A stretch of 64,000 nt of DNA, taken from Nitrospirota bacterium (GTDB taxonomy: Bacteria; Nitrospirota; UBA9217). Positions within the stretch are counted from its first letter, which is position 1. Every line of letters begins with the position of its first letter. Positions 27,020-35,876 of the stretch are shown piece by piece. Where the stretch lies: assembly GCA_963740085.1 (NCBI GenBank), contig CAVUCU010000003.1, positions 107,680 to 171,679 of the forward strand, given 5' to 3'. Made by a program: the position numbers and the translations under genes. The notes beneath the pieces were generated by a model. The model searched no databases and was not told the origin of the DNA. It saw only the letters and a program-made list of their open reading frames with translations.

Positions 27020-27328
27020 GTCATAACATGCTGATTATGCTTAGTATTTTATACTGGCATGATTTTCTGTTGTTTCATATTTGAACGCAGATGAACGTTA
27101 TCCGAGAGGAGAGAACGATTCCGGCAGAAGAAATGGCAAAAAACCCTTTATTAACAGACTTTCCATCCAATGGAATGAAGTTTAGCCGTCAAGAATAGCG
27201 GGGTCAAGAAAAGGCGTGGTGTTTAATTGTGAAACATGGTCTGGCTCACACAACCCGATGAGCACTTCCCTTTCGGGAAATTTGTTTGGCAGGGCAAGAA
27301 GGGGCGATATTACGCTAGAACAATGGTC

Positions 27329-28669
<1,341 letters not shown>

Positions 28670-28699
28670 AATAGGTCCTTTTTTAACTGCTCAGGTTGG

Positions 28700-28789
28700 C
28701 CGCAAAAGAACACAAAGAGCTCAAAGAAAAAGCCAGAAAGCATGAAGTTCAGTCTTATTTCTCCCTGCGTTCCTTGCGTTCTTTCGCGG
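28700..28789. repeat. Intergenic imperfect hairpin (R6)
   Basis: ccgcaaaagaacacaaagagctc (28700-28722) faces ctgcgttccttgcgttctttcgcgg (28765-28789). The right arm is the perfect reverse complement of 30470-30494. Confidence 0.65.
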
Positions 28790-28809
28790 CAAAAAGTGAA
28801 TTCGACTCG

Positions 28810-30397
28810 TTACTCTAAGTTATCCTGCTGCACCGGCAAAACGATCACGAACCTCGTGCCCTTGCCTGGCTCGCTTTCGGCTGCGATATCGCCGCCGTGC
28901 TTCTTGATGATATTATACACAATAGCCAGCCCAAGACCCGTACCCTTGTCCTTGGTCGTAAAGAACGGCTCAAAGATCTTGTCCAGTGACTCCCGGGGGA
29001 TCCCCCTCCCCGTATCAGCGATCCTGACGATGACCGCTTCATCCGCCTTCTTGAGCGAAACAGAAATGTCTCCCCTCCCCTGCATGGCATCCACGGCATT
29101 CGCAAACAGGTTTCCGAAAACCTGCTCCATCTGCCCTCCGTCCGCGGACACGACTATCTGCAGCGGGTCCGGATCAAATGAAAAACGGATGTTTCCGAGA
29201 TCACGGGTGCTCCCAAGGTGCCGATAGGAGTCAGTGATCAACCCCACCAGATCCACGTCCTTGAACTGCGGATCCCTTCCCCGCGCAAACTCGAGGAGCT
29301 CTCCCACGATCCGCTTTACCCGTTCCGTCTGACCGAGGATGTCACTCACCGACTCTTTGATCTCGGTCGAACAATGCTCACCCCCTTCCTTCGCGAGCAC
29401 CTGTGCCGAAAGATAGATATTGTTCAGGGGATTGTTCAACTCATGGGCCACGCCGGCGGCGAGGGTACCGATGGCGGCGAGCTTTTTGGTCTGCATCAGC
29501 TCTTTGTTCTTCCGTTCGATCTCCGACCGCCCGTTCAGCAAGCTGGTCCCCCATGGTATTGAACCGGTCTATCAGCACCCCCACCTCGTCATGGGCATTT
29601 CCCCCGGAAGAAGGGATGGATAGGTGCGGGTAGGAACCTTTACCCGTCTTTTCCACCACATTGATCAGAAGCATCAGCCTTTTTACAACGTTCGTACTGA
29701 TGAAGAAGAGTGTCCCGATTCCCACGGCAAAGAAGAGCGGGAAGAATATCAGGATCGCGATCTGCGAAACCCGGATCACGGTCTCCACTTTTTCCCGCGC
29801 CACCCTGTCGAGGTCCTTGGAAATGACCATGATATCCTCGCCGGTCTTTCTAAGTGCGGTGATCTCCGTGCCGAGTTCGCGAAGGCCCTGTACGAGCGGA
29901 TGGCCAGGGGGCAGGAGAAATACTTTTTCGAGAAAATCCGCGGATTGGAAGGGCTGCTCGATAAATGTGGATTCAACAAGCGAGAGATATTTTGCAGTTC
30001 CTTTGAATGAAGCTTTTGTCCGGTCGAAGAGCCCCGTCACCAAGGTCGCATCTCTCCGCATCACGCTGAAGCGGCGTTCATAGTCTTTAATACTGCTCCG
30101 CAAAGACAGTTTATCAGTCTGGTCGATATCCGGGTTCTGAGCAAGGAGGGTTTTCAGTTCAGCTAGATATGCAGTGACCGCCGCGGATTCTTCGTCAGCC
30201 TTTTGAGGACTGTAGAGAAAGAAATTCTTTTCGTGCCTCCGAAGCTGGAGCGACTTGCGGCTGATCGTGTCCGTGATCTCGAGATACCGGATTTCCTTTT
30301 TGATCTCGACAAAGCTCAGATATTCAAATGCGGCGAGGATGGCGATGATAGCCGCGCTGATAAGAAAGCTGAGCGCTATTTTTTTCTTCAGCGACAT
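28810..30397 (-). CDS. Sensor histidine kinase (2 TM, HAMP, HisKA, HATPase_c) interrupted by one frameshift
   Basis: Track ORFs 29441..30397 (TM-sensor-HAMP ...IDRFNTMG) and 28810..29541 ([37 protein letters not shown]..., N, G1 and G2 boxes) are consecutive parts of one kinase. The frames overlap around the C5 run at 29548-29552. Confidence 0.75.
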
Positions 30398-30469
30398 AGT
30401 TCACAGTATCACAGGTAAACCGTCTCGTGCAACCATAAAAAGGGGTAACTACTCAGGTCAAAATCTAAG

Positions 30470-30550
30470 CCGCGAAAGAACGCAAGGAACGCAGAATAAA
30501 TTTAAAGCTGAAATTATGATTTTTGGCTTTTTCTTTGAGTTCTTTCGCGG
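30470..30550. repeat. Intergenic imperfect hairpin (R7), same family as R6
   Basis: ccgcgaaagaacgcaaggaacgcag (30470-30494) faces ggctttttctttgagttctttcgcgg (30525-30550). The flanking taact(a/g)ctcaggt is shared with R6. Confidence 0.65.
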
Positions 30551-30621
30551 TAAGCCTGAACAGTTACAAAAAAAGGCTGAAGGAACGTTCTCCTTCAGCC
30601 TTTTGGAAACATTCTCTGCTG

Positions 30622-31476
30622 TTACGCCTTGACCACAAGCACCGGGCAGGGCGCATAGCCGATGACCCTTTCCGCCACACTTCCCATAAGAAGCCTGCGG
30701 AGGCCGGTCCTGCCGTGCGAGCCGATGACGATCATGTCGGCGGTCTGTTCCTTCGCAAGATTGGTGATCGCCTCGTCGGCCTCGGCCTCTCCAACAAAGG
30801 TTTCAGACCGAACCCCTGCCGCTTCGGCCTGTTTTTTCACCTCAGCAACGTAACCCTTTGCTTTTTTGACCAGGTCGTCCACAGCCTGAGGCGCCTCGGC
30901 ATAAAATTCGGAAGGAACGTTCACAACCGAGATGACCCTGAGTTCCCCTCCATAGGACTTCGCGAAGGAGATCGCCCGTTCCATCGCTTTGACGCTGTAC
31001 TTCGATCCGTCGGTCGCAAGCACGATCTTTTTCCATCCAACAACAGTCCCGTTAGGGACGACGAGCACATCGCGCTGGGTGTGGCCGATGACCCTCGCCG
31101 TGACGCTGCCGATGAGCGCACGCTCAATGCGGTGGAGCCCGCTCCTCCCCATAACGATCACGTCGCAGTTCTCAGCGTCGGCCAGATCCACAATGCGTTC
31201 GTGAACCTCGCCTTCTTCGCAGACCGTCTTGACGAGCATCCGCTCGGTCTTTGCGATCTTTTCAACTTCCGCGAGGGCCTCGTCGCACGGTTTCCGGAGC
31301 GCTGCCCTGATGTCTTTGATGCCAAGGAGCTCGATCTCGCCGTCATACGAGGGGACCACGGAGGTGACCGTTATCCAGCACTTTTCCTCGTTGGCCAGCT
31401 TGAACGCCTGATGGAGCGCGTTCCTGCCGGATTCAGAATTGTCAACAGCAACGAGTATCTTCCTATATCTTCCCAT
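30622..31476 (-). CDS. Tandem universal stress protein (two Usp domains)
   Basis: 284 aa. The two Usp motifs are VIVMGRSGLHRIERALIGSVTARVIGHTQRDVLVV and MIVIGSHGRTGLRRLLMGSVAERVIGYAPCPVLVV. Confidence 0.85.
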   Translation of the reverse strand: MGRYRKILVAVDNSESGRNALHQAFKLANEEKCWITVTSVVPSYDGEIELLGIKDIRAALRKPCDEALAEVEKIAKTERMLVKTVCEEGEVHERIVDLADAENCDVIVMGRSGLHRIERALIGSVTARVIGHTQRDVLVVPNGTVVGWKKIVLATDGSKYSVKAMERAISFAKSYGGELRVISVVNVPSEFYAEAPQAVDDLVKKAKGYVAEVKKQAEAAGVRSETFVGEAEADEAITNLAKEQTADMIVIGSHGRTGLRRLLMGSVAERVIGYAPCPVLVVKA

Positions 31477-32554
31477 GCTCCAGGGCTCCCGATGCCTGCT
31501 GCAGTTTCTCTGCCTGACGACCTTGCCAGATCGCTTTCAGAATAATGAATGCGCCGATAAAGAGCGCTGCGATCATTATACCAAAACTCGAGGTTTTTAG
31601 GAAGCTCGCGGTACCTTCGTTCAAGGTGCTGATCAGACCGAGCTTTGAAAGATATACCGGGATCATGAGCCCCCTGCTGACCAGGACGATGACCATGATC
31701 GTGCCCATGACGAACTTGATCATGAAAGGTTTCACATAGGTGGTGCCCATGGCGCCAAGCTGAATGCCAAAGAGCGAGCCTCCCAGGATGAGCATGGCAA
31801 GCCGGATATCAACCAGACCGTGCATGGCGAACTTGAACGATCCGCCCATGCCCATCACAAAGGCAACCACAAGCTCTGTGGCCGAGGCCATCAGGCTCGG
31901 GACCCCGAGGGCGTAGATCATGGCGGGGACGCCGATGAATCCGCCAACCGCGATCGTCGCCGCCAGCAATCCGGTCGCGATTCCGAGGGGGATGGTGAAG
32001 AGGACCGAGATCCGGGCATCCAAGCTCTTGAAATACATCATAGTATAGGGGATATTGATCGACTGCACCCACTTCGCGAGCTTGCCGACCGTTTCCTTCT
32101 CATCGGTCTTGCCCGAGCGGTAGGTCTTGATGGCATCGCGCAGCACGAAACCGCCGACAACCGCGAGGATCACGACAAATGCGGCGCTGACATACAGGTT
32201 GGAACCGGCATCGCCGAAGGCCTTCTTGATCGATTCCTGTATATGCGCGCCGTACAAGACGCCCGCCTCAGCCGAAATACCGAAGATCAGGCCGAGTTTC
32301 ACGTCCACCTGGCCATACTTGAACCGCTTGATGGACCCGACAAGCGCCTTGGGAAACTTATGCGCCATGTTGCTCGCCACCGCGACAAGACCGGGTACGC
32401 CAAGGCTCATCATGGCCGGCGTAAGAACGAAAGCGCCTCCGGAACCGATAAATCCGCTCACGAGACCACCGACAAAACCCACCCCGAGCAGATAAATCAC
32501 CGTAAACAGGTCAAGGTGAATGAACTGCGCCGCATTTCCTATAAGATCAGGCAT
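31463..32554 (-). CDS. TauE/SafE (DUF81)-like permease
   Basis: 363 aa polytopic protein. GFIGSGGAFVLTPAMM and TIAVGGFIGVPAMIYAL are DUF81-type Gly-rich helices. It overlaps the Usp gene by 14 nt. Confidence 0.7.
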   Translation of the reverse strand: MPDLIGNAAQFIHLDLFTVIYLLGVGFVGGLVSGFIGSGGAFVLTPAMMSLGVPGLVAVASNMAHKFPKALVGSIKRFKYGQVDVKLGLIFGISAEAGVLYGAHIQESIKKAFGDAGSNLYVSAAFVVILAVVGGFVLRDAIKTYRSGKTDEKETVGKLAKWVQSINIPYTMMYFKSLDARISVLFTIPLGIATGLLAATIAVGGFIGVPAMIYALGVPSLMASATELVVAFVMGMGGSFKFAMHGLVDIRLAMLILGGSLFGIQLGAMGTTYVKPFMIKFVMGTIMVIVLVSRGLMIPVYLSKLGLISTLNEGTASFLKTSSFGIMIAALFIGAFIILKAIWQGRQAEKLQQASGALEHGKI

Positions 32555-32555
32555 C

Positions 32556-32807
32556 TTACTTTACCTCCTTTTTCTTTTTGGCCGCTTCAATTCCGAGAAC
32601 CGTCCAGAAATGTCCGGTAAAAGAACCGTGTACTAGTGAAAAAAGAAGTGCGGTACCGATCGGTAAAAATGCGTACCAGCCCCCGCGGGTGAATGCGCTG
32701 CTGACCAGGTCCTGATTCGAGAACAGGGCGGTAAACAGCAGGATCGAAAAAAAACCTGAGATGAGCAATTTTCCTACCGGCTTCTTCCTTGCGATACTTT
32801 GTGCCAT
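32556..32807 (-). CDS. Small two-TM membrane protein, partner of the permease
   Basis: 83 aa with two hydrophobic helices (LLISGFFSILLFTALF and AFLPIGTALLFSLV). An SD aaggagg lies upstream, and its stop is 1 nt before the permease ATG. Confidence 0.55.
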   Translation of the reverse strand: MAQSIARKKPVGKLLISGFFSILLFTALFSNQDLVSSAFTRGGWYAFLPIGTALLFSLVHGSFTGHFWTVLGIEAAKKKKEVK

Positions 32808-32866
32808 GATAATTCCTCCTTGCGTAGAATAGATTATTTTTTTGCGGTGTTATGCGGTGTGATGTT

Positions 32867-32894
32867 GACTCCTGACTCCTGACTCCTGACTCCT
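32867..32894. repeat. Tandem heptamer (gactcct)x4, read as AGGAGUC x4 on the transcribed minus strand
   Basis: Four perfect copies at 32867-32894, immediately 3' of the stop of 32894..33397. It is preceded by tgcggtgt x2 (32843-32862). Confidence 0.8.
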
Positions 32895-33397
32895 CACGCC
32901 TTCGCCCCGTCCATAACCACGACCAGCGGGCATTTCAGCTTCTGCCAGAGCTCCGAAAGCGTCTTGTCCCGCTTGTTGCAGTCCATGTCAAGACTTTGCG
33001 GAGACTCAATAACCGCGAAGAGAATCTCCTTTTCACTGTTCGTATAGTCGATAATCTGCTGTTTGAGACATCCGGTTCGCGGGATCATGCGGTAGGCGAT
33101 GCCTTCCGCCTCGAGTTCTGACCTGAAGTTAGAAAACAAAGGGTCGATGGTGAACTCGTCGTTGCCCGCGCCGGTAACATAGAGAATATCGAGGTCAGCA
33201 CCGATCCTCTTGGAAGTATTCAATGCATACTTCAGGGTCCCGGCGTCGATCCGGCCCTCTTTGAGCGCAAGCAGGACCCTTCGCCCTTCCTTCATGATCG
33301 ATCTGGCCGTCGCAGCCTGACCTTCCTCCGCGAACGTTGCCGCCGCCAGCGCATTCTCGACGTTCTTCATTATTTTTTTTAACTTTGTCGCTTCCAT
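32894..33397 (-). CDS. Usp-like protein with N-terminal FAEEGQ motif peptide
   Basis: 167 aa. The N-terminus KKIMKNVENALAAATFAEEGQAATARSIMKE is followed by a Usp-like core (RVLLAL...DILYVTG...ILFAVIESP...CPLVVV). Confidence 0.5.
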   Translation of the reverse strand: MEATKLKKIMKNVENALAAATFAEEGQAATARSIMKEGRRVLLALKEGRIDAGTLKYALNTSKRIGADLDILYVTGAGNDEFTIDPLFSNFRSELEAEGIAYRMIPRTGCLKQQIIDYTNSEKEILFAVIESPQSLDMDCNKRDKTLSELWQKLKCPLVVVMDGAKA

Positions 33398-33429
33398 AGC
33401 AAACCTCGTGGGATCAGTCTCCCCGGTTC

Positions 33430-33600
33430 TTAGTCGGCGCGCAGTTCTTTTCTCGCGGCTGGTCTCTTGTAATCGTACTGAGACGGCCGGTCGTTCTTCC
33501 TGTCTTCATTTATGATCTGGCGCGCGGTCTCAAATTCCCCTGCTTCCGCGAATGAAGCGGCGACCATCACTGTCTCGAATTTCTTCATTAAGGTCTTCAT
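33430..33600 (-). CDS. Small protein (56 aa) with FAEAGE motif; not in the ORF track (below its size cutoff)
   Basis: My translation is MKTLMKKFETVMVAASFAEAGEFETARQIINEDRKNDRPSQYDYKRPAARKELRAD. A strong SD (ggaaaaGGAGGGaacaacg ATG) precedes it. It is paralogous to the first ~35 aa of the next gene, and a sigma54-type promoter lies 48 nt upstream. Confidence 0.55.
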   Translation of the reverse strand: MKTLMKKFETVMVAASFAEAGEFETARQIINEDRKNDRPSQYDYKRPAARKELRAD

Positions 33601-33646
33601 CGTTGTTCCCTCCTTTTCCTTTTATTTGTTTCTTTGCTATTCTCTA

Positions 33647-33663
33647 TTTCAACTCCTGTGCCA
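33647..33663 (-). promoter_or_regulatory. Sigma54 (-24/-12) promoter candidate
   Basis: The minus strand reads TTGGCAC-aggag-TTGAA-atag. It has the same architecture and the same distance to its ATG as the 27002-27019 site, but -12 GC is replaced by GA. Confidence 0.5.
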
Positions 33664-33808
33664 AAACAGAACAGCGTGCTAACACCTTGACAATATGCTC
33701 TTATTGAAAGGCGGCGTCCGATCAGTCCTCATCCACGACTGTTTTATTATGCAATGGCCTTTGGTTGAATACTCACACCATGTTGATTTTTATGATTAAT
33801 TTTGTCTG

Positions 33809-33837
33809 TTGCATCAAAACTAAAAACGTTGTAAAAT
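33809..33837 (+). promoter_or_regulatory. Sigma70-type promoter candidate for the REC-Lon operon
   Basis: TTGCAT (33809-33814), a 17-nt spacer, TAAAAT (33832-33837), and the ATG at 33867. Confidence 0.4.
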
Positions 33838-33866
33838 GCAACCATCTCAAAATCTCAAGGTGTTGC

Positions 33867-35876
33867 ATGAAATTCTTTAATAAATCGGAAGACAATCATC
33901 AACTATTCGTTATTGAAGAACTTCGCCGGAAGATCTCAGAGGCTGTGCTGCCACAACCGGTACAGAAGATCGCTGAACAGGAACTCGATCTGCTGAACAG
34001 GATCAGTTCCGCGTCGGCCGAGCACACGATCGGCATTACTTACATCGACTACCTCGCTTCCCTTCCCTGGAACAAAAAGACCGAGGACAACCTTGACATG
34101 GTCCGTGCTGAGCGGATCCTGAACGAGAACCACTTCGGGTTGAACAAGATCAAGGAAAGGATCATGGAGCACCTTGCCATCAAGGTGCTTATCATGAACA
34201 GGAAGGCACGGGTCCTGATCGTCGACGACGAGGAGATCGCAAGAAAAAATCTGGCGCATATCCTGATGAAGGAAAATTACGATGTAGTCGCTGTTGCTGA
34301 CGCCGAAACGGCAATCCGGGAGTTGGAGTCTTCTGAAATTGATGTAGTGCTTACCGACCTGCGCATGGGCAAGATCGACGGCATGGACCTGCTGGACCGG
34401 GTCCGGATAAAACACGCCGACACGAAGGTCGTTATGGTAACGGGCTATGCCACGGTCCCTTCGGCAATCGAGGCCATGCGGAAGGGCGCATTCCATTACC
34501 TGGCCAAGCCCTACAAACTCGATGAGGTGCGCGAGACCGTAAAGCGGGCAATGGAGCAGCGGGCGCTCAAACCGAGCACCAAGGGCACCGTGCTCTGTTT
34601 CACCGGCCCTCCGGGAACCGGCAAGACCTCGCTCGGGAAATCCATCGCCCGCGCCCTTGGGAAAAAATTTACGCGGATCTCCCTCGGCGGTCTCAAGGAT
34701 GAGGCCGACATTCGCGGACACCGGCGCACCTATGTGGGCGCCAAGCCCGGCAGAGTGATCGAAGAGCTTCGCCGGGTGGAATCGGCCAATCCCGTCATCA
34801 TGCTTGACGAGCTCGACAAGATCGGTCATGACTTCAAGGGAGATCCCGCTTCGGCCCTGCTTGAAGTGCTCGACCCGGAGCAGAACCGCTCATTCACGGA
34901 CCACTACCTCGATGTTCCCTTCGACCTTTCGAGCGTCATGTTCATCCTGACCGCGAACGTCCTCGACTCCATCCCCGCCCCGCTCCGCGACCGCATGGAG
35001 GTCATCAAGTTTACCGGCTACACGCGGGAAGAGAAGACCCATATTGCTCGGCAATTCCTCTGCGTCAAACAAATTCGGGAAAAAGGCCTCTCCCAAAACC
35101 AGGTCGTCTTCACGGATGAGGCCGTGGACAGGATCATCCAGGAATACACGCGCGAGGCCGGCATCCGGAACCTCGAACGAAGGATCGCCACGATCTGCCG
35201 GAAGATCGCCCGGGAATCGCTCCAAACCGCGGGCAGCGCGGAGATCGTGACCATAACCCCCGGGTCAGTCCAACGCTACCTCGGAAGGAGAAAGTTCCAG
35301 TTCGAAGTGATCGAAGAGCAGGACCGCGTCGGCGTGGCCACCGGACTCGTGCGCACCGAGACCGGCGGCGAGATCATCTTCGTCGAAGCCGCCCAGATGA
35401 AGGGAAACAAGGAACTCATCATCACCGGATCCCTCGGTGACGTGATGCGCGAATCCGCCCAGGCCGCGCTCAGCTATATCCGGAGCAACGCCGGGTCCTT
35501 CGGCATTGCTGAAGACTTTTTTGAGCGCCAGGACATCCACATCCACGTACCGTCCGGCGCGATCCAGAAGGATGGCCCTTCTGCCGGCGTCACCATTCTC
35601 GCGGCGCTCCTGTCGCTGTTGACCAAACGGCCTGCGCGCAGGGACGTGGCCATGACCGGAGAGATAACGCTGACCGGACGGATCCTCCCCGTCAGCGGCA
35701 TCCGGGACAAGGTACTCGCGGCCAGGCGTGCCAGGGTCAAGATCGTGCTCGTGCCCGCGCGAAACCGGGTCGAGGTGGAAGAACTGTCCGAAGATATACG
35801 AAAGGACGTCGACATCCGGCTTGTCGACACCGTCGCTGAAGTGGTGGATTCTGTGCTTGCCGGTCATCAGAGATGA
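33867..35876 (+). CDS. Lon-family ATP-dependent protease lacking the LON N-domain and carrying an inserted response-regulator receiver domain
   Basis: The start is set at ATG 33867 (MKFFNKSED). The Lon helical linker ([19 protein letters not shown]...[18 protein letters not shown]) is followed by a full REC domain ([33 protein letters not shown]). The AAA+ module has GPPGTGKTS and VIMLDELDK. The protease dyad is KDGPSAGV...GIRDKVLAA. Confidence 0.8.
   Translation: MKFFNKSEDNHQLFVIEELRRKISEAVLPQPVQKIAEQELDLLNRISSASAEHTIGITYIDYLASLPWNKKTEDNLDMVRAERILNENHFGLNKIKERIMEHLAIKVLIMNRKARVLIVDDEEIARKNLAHILMKENYDVVAVADAETAIRELESSEIDVVLTDLRMGKIDGMDLLDRVRIKHADTKVVMVTGYATVPSAIEAMRKGAFHYLAKPYKLDEVRETVKRAMEQRALKPSTKGTVLCFTGPPGTGKTSLGKSIARALGKKFTRISLGGLKDEADIRGHRRTYVGAKPGRVIEELRRVESANPVIMLDELDKIGHDFKGDPASALLEVLDPEQNRSFTDHYLDVPFDLSSVMFILTANVLDSIPAPLRDRMEVIKFTGYTREEKTHIARQFLCVKQIREKGLSQNQVVFTDEAVDRIIQEYTREAGIRNLERRIATICRKIARESLQTAGSAEIVTITPGSVQRYLGRRKFQFEVIEEQDRVGVATGLVRTETGGEIIFVEAAQMKGNKELIITGSLGDVMRESAQAALSYIRSNAGSFGIAEDFFERQDIHIHVPSGAIQKDGPSAGVTILAALLSLLTKRPARRDVAMTGEITLTGRILPVSGIRDKVLAARRARVKIVLVPARNRVEVEELSEDIRKDVDIRLVDTVAEVVDSVLAGHQR

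Noticed and set aside
28720-28736. A sigma54-like TGGCTT-N5-TTGA motif inside repeat R6, pointing at the NtrC gene. The same motif occurs at 30524-30539 in R7.
   Set aside because: The R7 copy points into the 3' end of a convergent gene, so the match is probably a by-product of the repeat sequence. The -24 and -12 cores are also degenerate.
28700-30550. A composite transposon or MITE pair mobilising the kinase gene.
   Set aside because: There is no transposase or integrase and no target-site duplication that I could see. The same element family occurs singly in many spacers.
32867-32894. A CRISPR-like or minisatellite array (gactcct x4); I also scanned all the word repeats for CRISPR architecture.
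   Set aside because: The units are 7 nt with no spacers. The longer elements are single hairpins rather than repeat-spacer arrays, and there are no cas genes in the window.
33755-33769. TGGCCT-N4-TTGAA upstream of the REC-Lon gene as a sigma54 promoter.
   Set aside because: The spacing between GG and the -12 element is one base short and both cores deviate. A sigma70-type TTGCAT-17-TAAAAT fits better.
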